Positions 14,637 through 24,281 of a DNA stretch of 24,454 bases are shown one piece after another. Each line of letters starts with the position of its first letter. Positions within the stretch are counted from its first letter, which is position 1. The notes below the pieces were generated by a model. It saw only the letters and a program-made list of their open reading frames with translations, did no database searches and was not told the origin of the DNA. The stretch comes from Spirochaetales bacterium (GTDB taxonomy: Bacteria > Spirochaetota > Spirochaetia > JABEVK01), in contig JBAXAI010000050.1 in the NCBI GenBank assembly GCA_037142615.1, positions 1 to 24,454 of the forward strand. The letters run 5' to 3'. The position numbers were made by a program, and so were the translations under genes.

Positions 14637-17201
14637 GTGAAGAAATTTTCGATTCTCGCTCTCATGGTTCTCGTCGTGACCGGACTCTCCTTCGCTCAGG
14701 TGAAGGGACCGATCGTTGACAAGATCCTGTTTGACGGCAAGACCCAGGAAGACATCGGTCTCAAGGACGTGGCTTCGGGCAAAGGCGACCTTTGGAACTA
14801 CGGAACCTCTGGTTCCGCGTTCAAGGCTCTTCCCGACGACATCAAGGCCCAACTTGACGTTTACAACGTCACGGGCGTCAGTTACCTGTCGATCTACCTG
14901 AACCCCTATCCGAACAAGGCACCCTACCTTACCGACGCCGCCACCGACGTCGCCAAGAAGGTGCAGTTCAACCCCTTCGCAATCCGCGAAGTGCGCTACG
15001 CCATGAACTTCCTGATGAACCGCAAGAAGATCATCGACGAAATCATGGTGGGCTCGGGCCTTCCCATGTACACGGCCGTCACCCCGACGCAGCCCAACTC
15101 GTCGAAGTATGACCTCATCGCCGCCAAGCAGGGCTTCACGCCGGCTGGCAACGAGAAGAAGGCCATTGCCGACATCACCGACGCCATCACCAAGGCTTCC
15201 AAGCTTCCCGAACTCGCTGGCAAGCTGACCTTCGACGGCAAGTTCTGGAACTTCAACGGCGAGCCCGTCACCGTCAACTTCCTTATCCGTGTTGACGATC
15301 CCAACGTGCGTCTCCCCGAAGGCCGCTACCTTGCCGACCAAATTGAAAAGGCTGGTATCAAGGTCACCCGCACCGAACAGAACCGCACCGCGCTTCGCGT
15401 CCTTTGGGGCAACTCCGATCCCAAGACCTACCAGTGGAACCTCTACACCGAAGGTTGGGGTGGTGGTCAGACCTATGCGTTCTGGGAAACCTCTATTGCC
15501 CAGATGTACGCCCCTTGGTACGCCAACATGCCTGGTACCGGTAAGGGCGGCTTCTGGAACTACGAAAACGCCGACCTTGACAAGCTGACCGGCGACGCCG
15601 TCAACGGCCGCGTCAAGGATACCGCCGACTACTACGACAAGCTTGCCAAGTCGGTCGACATCGGTCTCAAAGAAGCCGTGCGCGTGTTCGTGGCCGCTCA
15701 GACCACCTACTACGCCGCCAGCAAGGACCGCATGAACAGCCGCATGATCTACGGCCTGGGCGATGGTATCAACAAGTTCTCTTACTACACCGCCGACGTC
15801 AAACCCGAAACCTCGGGTGCCGACAAGGGCCTCAAGGTTCTCCGCTCGTCGGGCTTCTCGTCGCAGGGCAACCTGTTCATGTCGTCGTGGGACCCGCTCG
15901 GACCCAACGGCTTCAGCGACATCTATTCGGCCGCCATCATCAAGGAAGCTTCCGACATGGAAATGGAAGCCAACCCTGTGACCGGCATCCCGATGGAATT
16001 GCGCGCCACCTACAAGGGCCTCGACACCAAGCTCGCCGCTGACGGCGTGTCCGGTGCCATCAAGGTCCCCGCTACCGCCGTGCTTTGGAACGCCAAGACC
16101 CAGAAGTGGGAAAGCGGTCTGAACTACGTCGACGTGAAGAAGGACGGCTCGGAGTTTGACTACGTCGCCGCTCCCAACAACACCGCGATTTCCACCGCGA
16201 CCTTCACCTTCAAGTTCGGTGCTTGGCACCACGGCCGCGCTGTCGACATCAACGACTACCGCTACGCCCTGTCCATTCCCTACGACCTGTCGAACAAGGC
16301 CACCGGTAAGGTGTACGAAGAAGAGTACGCCGGTGCTGTGAATCCCAACTTGCCCCGCAACAAGGGCGTCGTGTTCAACGCGGACAACACCATCACCGCC
16401 TACGGTGACGTGAACTACCCGATGGACAAGGCTTCGCTTGCCGCCCTGTTGGTTCCTTCGCTCATGGTTCAGGGCTCCAACTACGGCTCCATCGTTCCCT
16501 GGGAAATCCTGGAAGCGATCAAGGGCGTCGTGGCTGAAGGCAATGCTTCCGGCACCGCTTACTCCTACAACTCGGACGAAAAGTTCGTGGAAATGGACCT
16601 GCTGAGCCAGAAGACCGCCGGCGACCTTCGCGCCAAGCTGGTCGAGTACGCCGCTGCCAAGCGTGTGCCCGCCGCTCTCGTGGGCTTCGTCAAGCCTGAA
16701 ACCGCTGCTGCCAACTACAACTTGGCCATCAAGTTTATCGACGCCCATGGCCACGCGTACATCTCGAACGGCGGCTTCATGCTCGACAAGTACGATCCCA
16801 AGAGCTTCAACGGTCAGCTGGTCGCCTTCCGTGACAAGGCATACCCGTACGAAAAGGGCTACTTCGCCACGGCTTTGGCCACGAAGTTCTCCCGCATCGA
16901 CAGCATCAAGGTGGACTCGTACAAGAAGGGCACCGACCTCAAGGTCACTGCGACCCTGAGTGAAGTGGTGTTCCCCGCCAACAGCGCCAAGGCCATGGGC
17001 ACCGGTAAGGTGAACGTGACCGTGATCGCTGACAAGGAATACACCTTTGCCGCCAAGATGAGCAAAGCCGGTACCTTCGTGGCTACCGTTCCTGCCAAGA
17101 CTCTTGATGCGCTCAAGGCCGGTAGTTATACTGTCGTGGTTGATTCGGCCCTGGCCAGCGAAAGCCCCACGGTGGAAACGACCAACGTCCTGATTTTCTA
17201 A
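14637..17201 (+). CDS. ABC transporter substrate-binding protein, family 5 (Opp/Dpp-like), 854 aa
   Basis: AGGAGG RBS and GTG start. SPase I-type signal (..LSFA|Q). FNPFAIREVRYAMNFLMNR family-5 motif, WHHG....INDY, ISNGGFML..YDP. Followed by permeases and ATPases; strongly biased codon usage. Confidence 0.9.
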   Translation: MKKFSILALMVLVVTGLSFAQVKGPIVDKILFDGKTQEDIGLKDVASGKGDLWNYGTSGSAFKALPDDIKAQLDVYNVTGVSYLSIYLNPYPNKAPYLTDAATDVAKKVQFNPFAIREVRYAMNFLMNRKKIIDEIMVGSGLPMYTAVTPTQPNSSKYDLIAAKQGFTPAGNEKKAIADITDAITKASKLPELAGKLTFDGKFWNFNGEPVTVNFLIRVDDPNVRLPEGRYLADQIEKAGIKVTRTEQNRTALRVLWGNSDPKTYQWNLYTEGWGGGQTYAFWETSIAQMYAPWYANMPGTGKGGFWNYENADLDKLTGDAVNGRVKDTADYYDKLAKSVDIGLKEAVRVFVAAQTTYYAASKDRMNSRMIYGLGDGINKFSYYTADVKPETSGADKGLKVLRSSGFSSQGNLFMSSWDPLGPNGFSDIYSAAIIKEASDMEMEANPVTGIPMELRATYKGLDTKLAADGVSGAIKVPATAVLWNAKTQKWESGLNYVDVKKDGSEFDYVAAPNNTAISTATFTFKFGAWHHGRAVDINDYRYALSIPYDLSNKATGKVYEEEYAGAVNPNLPRNKGVVFNADNTITAYGDVNYPMDKASLAALLVPSLMVQGSNYGSIVPWEILEAIKGVVAEGNASGTAYSYNSDEKFVEMDLLSQKTAGDLRAKLVEYAAAKRVPAALVGFVKPETAAANYNLAIKFIDAHGHAYISNGGFMLDKYDPKSFNGQLVAFRDKAYPYEKGYFATALATKFSRIDSIKVDSYKKGTDLKVTATLSEVVFPANSAKAMGTGKVNVTVIADKEYTFAAKMSKAGTFVATVPAKTLDALKAGSYTVVVDSALASESPTVETTNVLIF

Positions 17202-17223
17202 GCCTTACTCCACAGAATCTCTC

Positions 17224-17263
17224 GAGAGTCCGTCCCGCTTCGGCGGGCGGACTCTCTTGTTTT
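17224..17263 (+). terminator. Intercistronic stem-loop / partial intrinsic terminator after the binding-protein gene
   Basis: GAGAGTCCG-T-CCCGC-TTCG-GCGGG-CGGACTCTC (14 bp stem, one bulge, C(UUCG)G loop) followed by TTGTTTT. Confidence 0.8.
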
Positions 17264-17281
17264 CGCCATTAGGAATTGCCC

Positions 17282-18325
17282 ATGTACAGCAAATTTGTCC
17301 TGAAACGGATGATGTACGGAATCATGATGTACATCCTCATGATTCTGACCTTTTCCATCCTGTTCAACAACGTCGCCGAGCAGACGCTTCATGACCAGAT
17401 TGAAGAACAGATTACCCAGGAAATCCGCGCCTACAAGAACATGAACAAGGAGCAACTCGTCTCGATCGCCGACGAGAAGAGGGCTCAGAAGAACCAGAAA
17501 TACCATCTGGATCAACCCATTGTGTTCCGGATTTTCTACCGCACCCTGGATACTCTGATGTTCAATTATGGCAACGCCACCGTGCTCAAGGCCGCCAATG
17601 GGGACAAAGAAGTCCTCAACATCGAACTCTCCTACCTGCCCAACACCCTGATTCTGTTCTCCACACAGGTGATCCTCACCATCATCATTGGGATTCCCAT
17701 GGGGTTGTGGGCCGCCCGCAAGCCCAACGGCTTCCTCGACCGGACCACTTCGTCGCTTTCGATGATCACCAACGGCTTGCCAGCCTGGTGGTTGGGTCTC
17801 ATCATGATCATGGCCTTCGCCTACGGCCCGTTGGGAATTTTCCCTTCCGGCGGCATCCACATCAACCCGGCTCCTGAAGGGTGGGACGGCTTCGTCGACT
17901 ACCTTTGGCACCTGGCCCTGCCGCTGATCACCTTGGTGTTGCTGAGCATTTGGGGCACCGCCTATCTCGTACGAAACATCGTCCTGGGCAATCTCCAGGA
18001 AGACTTTGTCATGGCCGCCCGCGCCCGCGGCATTCCGGAACGCGTGGTGCTTCTGGGTCACACGCTGCGAACTTCGATGCCGGCCATCCTGACCATTGTG
18101 ATTCTGGGGCTCTTTGCCTCCATCTCGGGCAACATCGTCTTCGAGATCATTTTCGGCTGGCCGGGCCTCGGCAAGCTGTACTGGGTCGCCATCCAGGCCA
18201 ACGACATTCCCGTGCTCATGGGGACGCTGGCGATTTCCACGCTGATTAACATTCTGGGTTTCATCATCCTCGACATCATCTACGGGTGGCTGGATCCGCG
18301 CATCAAGGTCGGGGGCAAAGCATGA
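17282..18325 (+). CDS. Peptide ABC transporter permease (OppB/DppB-like)
   Basis: LPNTLIL, LWHLALP, EDFVMAARARG (EAA loop), EIIFGWPGLG, LDPRI end; ATG 17282 after AGGAA. Confidence 0.93.
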   Translation: MYSKFVLKRMMYGIMMYILMILTFSILFNNVAEQTLHDQIEEQITQEIRAYKNMNKEQLVSIADEKRAQKNQKYHLDQPIVFRIFYRTLDTLMFNYGNATVLKAANGDKEVLNIELSYLPNTLILFSTQVILTIIIGIPMGLWAARKPNGFLDRTTSSLSMITNGLPAWWLGLIMIMAFAYGPLGIFPSGGIHINPAPEGWDGFVDYLWHLALPLITLVLLSIWGTAYLVRNIVLGNLQEDFVMAARARGIPERVVLLGHTLRTSMPAILTIVILGLFASISGNIVFEIIFGWPGLGKLYWVAIQANDIPVLMGTLAISTLINILGFIILDIIYGWLDPRIKVGGKA

Positions 18326-19725
18326 ACATCCGCGAAACGCTGTCTGGCTTGGGTGAGTTCTGGGACGAGTTCCGCAAGAGTGTTCTGGGGTTGGTCGGAC
18401 TCACCATTCTCATACTCTTCGTGCTGGTGGGGTCCTTCGGGCAATACCTGATTCCCTTCCCTGGTGCAACCGAGAACTGGCGCAACATCGATTTTTGGCA
18501 GGACAACCCTCAGGCGGCTCCGCCAGTGTGGACGAACTTGCCGTGGGGTTCGCAGGCCGCCTCTTCCGACTACTTGATCGAGTCAAGAACGGAGATCACC
18601 GACCTCGATAACGGGGTCAAACAGCAGACTTGGACCATTCCGTACCATTTCACTGCCGACCAGGCGCCGCGCGACGTCATTTTTGCCTTCGACGGCATCG
18701 GACAGGTTCCGGTCATTCTCACCGTCACGCGCCCCGACGGAAAGGTCGTCGAAGTCTCACGGGAACAACTGGATCTCGTGGAACAGCAGCTCACGCGGTT
18801 CTCGGTCACCAACAGCGGCGCCCAGAACGTCATTGAGTTCGTGCGCTCTCAGGACGAGGAACTGGCGTCGTCGATGCAGGCTGACATCGTCAAGCCGACC
18901 CGGATGCTGTTCTCGAAGATCGAAAAGACGATGGAGAACCTTCCGGTCACTCTCAAGGGCGACTACGTGTTTACGGTCACGGCACTGTACCTGAACGAGC
19001 AAGCGAAACTCGAAAGCCCGACGGTCCGCATTTCGGGCTTCGTCTCGGGTCTCTTGGGCACCGACATTTCCAAGCGAGACATCTTCACGGGCATCGTCAT
19101 CGGTATCCGCTGGGCACTCATCATCGGCCTGCTCACGTCGCTGATCACGGTTCTCATCGGGGTGCTCCTGGGCGTCATCGCGGCCTATTTCGGCGGCAAG
19201 ATCGACTGGGTGATCAACCGGGTCTACGAGTACTTCTACCTCATGCCCATCATTCCCTTCCTCATTGTCATCGCCGCGATTTTCAAGATCACCATTTGGT
19301 GGCTCATTGCCCTGATTGTCATCTTCTTCTGGTCGGGGGCCTTCAAGCCGGTGTACGGTATGGCGCTTCAGCTTAAAGAAGAGGTCTTCGTTGAAGCCAG
19401 CCGCGCGCTCGGCGCCAGCAAGTGGCGCATTATCCTGAGGCACATCTTTCCCATGGTCCTTCCCTACAGTTTCGCCGTCATGGCGCTCAGCGTTCCCGGC
19501 GTGATCGTGTACGAGGCAACCGTCAGCATTCTCGGTCTCGGTGATCCGAGCATCGTCAGCTGGGGACAGATTCTGCACGACGCGGAAGGACAGGGTGCTG
19601 TCATCAACAACCTGTGGTGGTGGGTGGTTCCTCCGGGATTGATGATTGCCCTTATGGGCATGGCGTTCGTCTTTCTCGGTACAGCGCTCGACAAGATTCT
19701 CCAGCCCAAATTGAAGACCAGGTGA
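18322..19725 (+). CDS. Peptide ABC transporter permease (OppC/DppC-like) with large soluble insertion
   Basis: LLGTDISKRD, FVEASRALGAS, RHIFP, LGLGDPS..SWGQIL, WWWVVPPG; ATGA overlap with the upstream permease. Confidence 0.93.
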   Translation: MNIRETLSGLGEFWDEFRKSVLGLVGLTILILFVLVGSFGQYLIPFPGATENWRNIDFWQDNPQAAPPVWTNLPWGSQAASSDYLIESRTEITDLDNGVKQQTWTIPYHFTADQAPRDVIFAFDGIGQVPVILTVTRPDGKVVEVSREQLDLVEQQLTRFSVTNSGAQNVIEFVRSQDEELASSMQADIVKPTRMLFSKIEKTMENLPVTLKGDYVFTVTALYLNEQAKLESPTVRISGFVSGLLGTDISKRDIFTGIVIGIRWALIIGLLTSLITVLIGVLLGVIAAYFGGKIDWVINRVYEYFYLMPIIPFLIVIAAIFKITIWWLIALIVIFFWSGAFKPVYGMALQLKEEVFVEASRALGASKWRIILRHIFPMVLPYSFAVMALSVPGVIVYEATVSILGLGDPSIVSWGQILHDAEGQGAVINNLWWWVVPPGLMIALMGMAFVFLGTALDKILQPKLKTR

Positions 19726-19730
19726 ACCGG

Positions 19731-20726
19731 ATGAGCAACAACGTCCTCGAGGTGAAGAACCTCAAGCTGCACTACTTTACCGAGCAGGGAGTCGTTCGGG
19801 CTCTCGACGGACTCACCTTCGAGGTTGGCAAAGGTGAGACCCTGGGCTTGGTCGGCGAATCGGGTTGCGGCAAGACAACCACTGGCGTGGCCTTGCTGAA
19901 CATGCCGAGTCCGCCCGGTCGTATCGTCGAAGGCCAGATCTTTATCGATGGCGTCGACATCGTCGGCATGAACAACCGCCAACTGCGCCGCGAGGTTCGC
20001 TGGAGCAAGATTGCCATGGTGTTCCAGGGCGCCATGAACTGCCTGACTCCGGTGTACACCATAAGGCAGCTCATGGAAGAGACTTACCGCGAGCACGTGG
20101 AAAAGTACGAGAAGGCGGCCTGCGATGCCGCCATGCTCAAGTATGTGAACATGGTGGGCCTGCCAGACCACATCCTGGACCGCTATCCTCACGAACTCTC
20201 GGGAGGGATGAAGCAGCGTGTCGTCATCGCGATGGCGCTGTTCCTCGAGCCCAGCCTCATCATCATGGACGAACCGACGACCGCCCTCGACGTGATCGTA
20301 CAGGCGCAAATTCTCAACCTCATCAAGGGCCTCAAGAAAGACCTGGGCCTAAGCTACATCTTCATCACCCACGACCTGGCAACCGAGGCCGAAGTGGCCG
20401 ACCGCATCATGGTGATGTACGCCGGCAAGGCCGTCGAAATCGGCACCAACGAGCAGATTTTCGGCGCACAGGGGCCTTTGCACCCGTACACCGCGAAACT
20501 GCTCGCCGCCACACCCCGTCTGCATCAGAAAGTCGATGAACTGGCCTTCATCCCCGGCTCGCCTCCGGACCTCATCGACCCGCCTGCGGGTTGCCGTTTT
20601 GCGCCCCGTTGTCCGTTCGCGAAGGACAAATGCCAGACCCATGAGCCCCCGATGACGGTGCTCGGGCCTCAACACCAGGCCGCCTGCTGGAAGGCCGTCA
20701 AGGACGCCGATTATGAACGACAATAA
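19731..20726 (+). CDS. Peptide ABC transporter ATP-binding protein (OppD/DppD-like)
   Basis: GESGCGKT, YPHELSGGMKQR, DEPTTALD, HPYT, GCRFAPRC...C...AC C-terminal Cys motif. Confidence 0.95.
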   Translation: MSNNVLEVKNLKLHYFTEQGVVRALDGLTFEVGKGETLGLVGESGCGKTTTGVALLNMPSPPGRIVEGQIFIDGVDIVGMNNRQLRREVRWSKIAMVFQGAMNCLTPVYTIRQLMEETYREHVEKYEKAACDAAMLKYVNMVGLPDHILDRYPHELSGGMKQRVVIAMALFLEPSLIIMDEPTTALDVIVQAQILNLIKGLKKDLGLSYIFITHDLATEAEVADRIMVMYAGKAVEIGTNEQIFGAQGPLHPYTAKLLAATPRLHQKVDELAFIPGSPPDLIDPPAGCRFAPRCPFAKDKCQTHEPPMTVLGPQHQAACWKAVKDADYERQ

Positions 20727-21810
20727 GCCCCACTACTTCGATTTCGACGACGAGGACGTGGTTCTGGAAATCATCAACCTCAAGAAGCATTTCCCGATTC
20801 GCCGGCACGCCAATCAGGTGATCCATGGCGAGCACCCGTTTGTGCGGGCGGTCGATGGTGTCAGCTTCCAACTTCGACGGGGTGAGATTCTGGGGTTGGT
20901 CGGGGAGTCCGGGTGTGGCAAGACAACGACCGGCAAAATGATCATGAAGCTTCTGGAGCCCACCCACGGGACCATCGTGTTCAACGGCGAGGACGTGACC
21001 CACTCCGACAAGATGAATGAGATTGCCTATCGTCGTCGAGTTCAGATGGTTTTCCAGGATCCGTATGCGTCGATGAACCCTCGGTTCAAGGTCAAGGATG
21101 TCCTTGAGGAGCCCTTGCTCATCCACAAGGTCGGTGGAACTCGAGAGGAGCGCCGCGAAAAGATCAAGAACGTGATGGAACGGGTGAAGATCACGCCGTT
21201 CGAAGAGTACTCCGAACGCCATCCGCACATGCTTTCCGGCGGGCAGCGCCAGCGCATCGCCACGGCCCGAACGCTCATCCTTGAGCCGAGCGTGATCGTC
21301 GCAGACGAACCGGTATCCATGATCGACCTCAGCACCCGTGCCGAAATCCTTCACATGATGAAGACGGTGCAGCGCGAGATGGAACTCTCGTTCCTTTACA
21401 TCACCCACGACATTTCCACCGCCCGCTACTTCACCGACCGCATCAGCGTCATGTACCTCGGCAAGATCATGGAGATCGGGCCGAGCGACTCGGTCATTGA
21501 TACACCGATGCATCCCTACAGTCGCGCGCTGATCTCGGCAGTCTGCGAGCCGGAACCCGGCAAGGCCAATGAGCTGAAGGTGCTCCCCATCACCGGTGAA
21601 ATCCCGTCGGCAGCCCGCATTCCGGCGGGTTGTCGCTTTCACACGCGCTGCTTGCAGGCCATGGATGTGTGCCAGGTGGCAGAACCGGAACTGCTCAAGG
21701 TCGGCGAGAAGCACTACGCGGCTTGCTGGCTAAACACCGACGAGGAAACCCGACAGAAGTCACGAGCCCAAGCCATCGAGAAGCTGGAAGCCGCCGTTCT
21801 GCCCGCATGA
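20713..21810 (+). CDS. Peptide ABC transporter ATP-binding protein (OppF/DppF-like)
   Basis: AVDGVSF, GESGCGKT, FQDPYAS.NPR, LSGGQRQR, DEPVSMID, HPYS, GCRFHTRC. Confidence 0.95.
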   Translation: MNDNKPHYFDFDDEDVVLEIINLKKHFPIRRHANQVIHGEHPFVRAVDGVSFQLRRGEILGLVGESGCGKTTTGKMIMKLLEPTHGTIVFNGEDVTHSDKMNEIAYRRRVQMVFQDPYASMNPRFKVKDVLEEPLLIHKVGGTREERREKIKNVMERVKITPFEEYSERHPHMLSGGQRQRIATARTLILEPSVIVADEPVSMIDLSTRAEILHMMKTVQREMELSFLYITHDISTARYFTDRISVMYLGKIMEIGPSDSVIDTPMHPYSRALISAVCEPEPGKANELKVLPITGEIPSAARIPAGCRFHTRCLQAMDVCQVAEPELLKVGEKHYAACWLNTDEETRQKSRAQAIEKLEAAVLPA

Positions 21811-23195
21811 CCCCCGGTTTCCGCAACCAGTCACTCCGCTCGGTTGCGGGACCGCTTTGGGTGGAGAACATCCTTCGCACTTCGCTGACCACCGTTGACG
21901 TGTTCATGCTCAGCTTCTTCAGCGAAAAAGCCATCGCCGCGGTGGGCTTGGTCAACCAGTTCTCCTTCTTCATCCAGATCATGTACCTGATGGTTGCCTC
22001 GGGGGCGAGTATCCTGCTGTCGCAGTACGTAGGCGCGGGCCGCAAAGACGACGCCCGTGCCGTCGCGCTGGCCAGCCTGATGCTGGGAGGCGGCTTCTCC
22101 CTCGTTTTGAGCGCGACGATGTCGCTCTCCGCCGGACTCATCATCGGCACCTATTCGCTTGAGCCCCAGGTTGCCGTCTACGCAACGCAGTTTCTGACAA
22201 TCTTTGCTGCCGGCTCGGTCTTCATGGCCTTTTCGATGCTGCAGGGGACCATACTTCGTACGCACGGGCGGAGCCGGGCCGTGATGGTCGTCAACATGGG
22301 TGCAAACGTCCTGAACATTCTGGGCAACTCGCTGGCGCTTTTTGGTCCCTTTGGCCTGCCCGTCCTTGGGGTTCAGGGCGTAGCGGCATCGACGGTAGTC
22401 AGTCAGTTGCTCGCGTGCATCGTTCTGGGCATCTTGGTCCATCGCGATCCGGCCACCCGACTGGACCTTTCCCAAGTGACAAAGGTTCCAACGCGGATTT
22501 TCCGCCAGATCTTGGCGATCGGTATCCCAACCGCCGGTGAAAACCTTTCGTACAACCTGGCTCAGATGGTCAATTTGCGGTTCATCACTGGGTTTGGTAC
22601 GGCGTCGATGGCAGCCTACGTGTACATCCAAAGTCTTGAGCGCTACGTGTTCATCAACACGCTGAGCCTGGGAGCTGCCACCCAGATCAAGGTCGGTTGG
22701 TGGGTCGGTGCAGGCGAAACGGAGACCGCCGCGATGCGGGCCCTTCGCTACGCGTTTGCGGGCCTGGGGATCGCCATGGCTGCGGTGCTCGTGCTGAATC
22801 TCATACAGGGCCTTGTCTTTCCTCTGCTCACCAAGACTCCCGAAGTGCTGGCCACCATCTCGGTGCTCCTGTTGATCAGCTTCGTCATGGAGGCCGGCCG
22901 TACCTTCAACGTCATCCTCATCCCGGCGCTCAAAGGTGCCGGCGACGTCAACTTTCCTGTTTTGGTCGGTATCGCTTCGATGTGGGGTGTGGGGGTGTTC
23001 GGCGGGTGGACCTTGGGCATAGGGCTTGGATGGGGACTGGTTGGAGTTTGGGCAGCCGTGGCCTGCGACGAGCTGTTGCGCGGCGTCGTGATGCTGCTGC
23101 GCTGGCGTAGCGGTCGCTGGAAGGGCAAGAGCTTCGTCAATGCCCCCGAAGCCGTCGAACTGAAGTCGGTCACCCCCGGCGGCCAAGAGGAATAG
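21807..23195 (+). CDS. MATE family efflux transporter
   Basis: ATG 21807 overlaps the ATPase stop (ATGA). VDVFML, AAVG, SQYVGA, LGVQGVAAST, IGIP, GAGD, RWRSGRW; about 12 TM segments. Confidence 0.92.
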   Translation: MTPGFRNQSLRSVAGPLWVENILRTSLTTVDVFMLSFFSEKAIAAVGLVNQFSFFIQIMYLMVASGASILLSQYVGAGRKDDARAVALASLMLGGGFSLVLSATMSLSAGLIIGTYSLEPQVAVYATQFLTIFAAGSVFMAFSMLQGTILRTHGRSRAVMVVNMGANVLNILGNSLALFGPFGLPVLGVQGVAASTVVSQLLACIVLGILVHRDPATRLDLSQVTKVPTRIFRQILAIGIPTAGENLSYNLAQMVNLRFITGFGTASMAAYVYIQSLERYVFINTLSLGAATQIKVGWWVGAGETETAAMRALRYAFAGLGIAMAAVLVLNLIQGLVFPLLTKTPEVLATISVLLLISFVMEAGRTFNVILIPALKGAGDVNFPVLVGIASMWGVGVFGGWTLGIGLGWGLVGVWAAVACDELLRGVVMLLRWRSGRWKGKSFVNAPEAVELKSVTPGGQEE

Positions 23196-23232
23196 ACGCA
23201 TAAATATGCATGGCCTTGCATAAAGATTCTGA
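23195..23232. promoter_or_regulatory. Tandem ARG boxes (ArgR operator)
   Basis: gaCGCATAAATATGCAtg (23195-23212) and ctTGCATAAAGATTCTga (23215-23232), 2 bp apart, directly upstream of an OTC gene. Confidence 0.75.
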
Positions 23233-23244
23233 ATCTGCTAGGTT
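23216..23244 (+). promoter_or_regulatory. Putative sigma70 promoter of argF
   Basis: TTGCAT (23216-23221) - 17 bp - TAGGTT (23239-23244); the -35 lies inside ARG box 2. Confidence 0.55.
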
Positions 23245-23278
23245 CTGACCTCGGAGCCTAAGCTCCTCAGGAGTCGTC

Positions 23279-24223
23279 ATGAACCCGTCACCGCTCAAAG
23301 GCCGCTCGTGCTTGCTGATGGCCGATCTTTCCACCCCTGAGATCCGCTACCTGCTGGATCTCGCTAAAGAGGTGAAGCATCAGAAACGCCTGGGCCTGGT
23401 GACCCAACGCTTTCAAGGCAAGACCCTCGCCATGATTTTCGAAAAGCCTTCGACCCGCACTCGCGCCGCTTTCGAGACGGCCTTTGCCGAGGAAGGGGGG
23501 CACCCGGTCTTCCTTTCGAAGGATGACATCCAGTTGGGCTACAAGGAAAGCGTCGAGGACACGGCCCGGGTCCTCGGCCGAATGTTCGACGCCATCATGT
23601 TCCGCGGGTTCAAGCAGGAGACCGTCGAGACCTTATCCAAGTGGTCGGGCGTCCCCGTCTACAACGGCCTGACGGACATGGCGCACCCCACGCAGGTGCT
23701 CGCCGACCTGTTGACGCTGGAAGAGGCCTGGGGTTCGCTCAAGGGCCGAAAGTTGGTGTACTGTGGCGACGGACGCAACAACATGAGCCACACGCTGATG
23801 GTCGGGGCAGCCCGAATGGGCATGAAGTTCGTCATCGCCGCGCCCGAGCCGCTGTTTCCTGCTGACGACGACGTCGAGTTCTGTCGGGAAATTGCAGCGC
23901 AGGAAGGGACCGAGCTTATCATCACCTCGGACATGGCCGAGGCCGTGAAGGGGGCCGACGCCATCTACACCGACGTATGGGCCTCGATGGGCGAAGAAAC
24001 CCTGCTGCACCTTCGCAAACAGATCCTCAAACCCTACCAGGTAAACGAGGCCGTGATGGCCGCGACGGGCAATCCGAAGTGCGTCTTCCTGCACTGCCTT
24101 CCGGCCGTCAAGGGTGATGAAGTGACCGAAGGTGTCTTCGAAGGAGCCGGCAGCCGCGTCTGGGACCAGTCGGAGAATCGCAAGCACACCATCAAAGCCT
24201 TGATGTTGGCGACGCTGGCCTAG
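23279..24223 (+). CDS. argF: Ornithine carbamoyltransferase
   Basis: FEKPSTRTR, HPTQ, GDGRNN, DVWASMG (ornithine SMG loop), HCLP; AGGAG RBS. Confidence 0.95.
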   Translation: MNPSPLKGRSCLLMADLSTPEIRYLLDLAKEVKHQKRLGLVTQRFQGKTLAMIFEKPSTRTRAAFETAFAEEGGHPVFLSKDDIQLGYKESVEDTARVLGRMFDAIMFRGFKQETVETLSKWSGVPVYNGLTDMAHPTQVLADLLTLEEAWGSLKGRKLVYCGDGRNNMSHTLMVGAARMGMKFVIAAPEPLFPADDDVEFCREIAAQEGTELIITSDMAEAVKGADAIYTDVWASMGEETLLHLRKQILKPYQVNEAVMAATGNPKCVFLHCLPAVKGDEVTEGVFEGAGSRVWDQSENRKHTIKALMLATLA

Positions 24224-24232
24224 AATCCACTC

Positions 24233-24261
24233 TTGCGGTTCCCACGCCTGCCAACTATACT
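24233..24261 (+). promoter_or_regulatory. Putative sigma70 promoter
   Basis: TTGCGG - 17 bp - TATACT (24256-24261), then AGGAAGGA RBS. Confidence 0.6.
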
Positions 24262-24281
24262 GACCTCAGGAAGGACTTCCC

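Noticed and set aside
23253-23273. GGAGC-CTAA-GCTCC hairpin in the argF leader as an attenuator
   Set aside because: Only a 5-bp stem, with no leader peptide or U tract. The CTCCT segment is too close to AGGAG to pair with it.
4531-24187. Many long antisense or alternative-frame ORFs (e.g. 4531-5868, 8265-9572, 10198-11478, 14613-16754, 20698-21714, 21831-23201)
   Set aside because: Shadow ORFs expected from high GC3 codon bias. They overlap well-supported genes and show no motifs.
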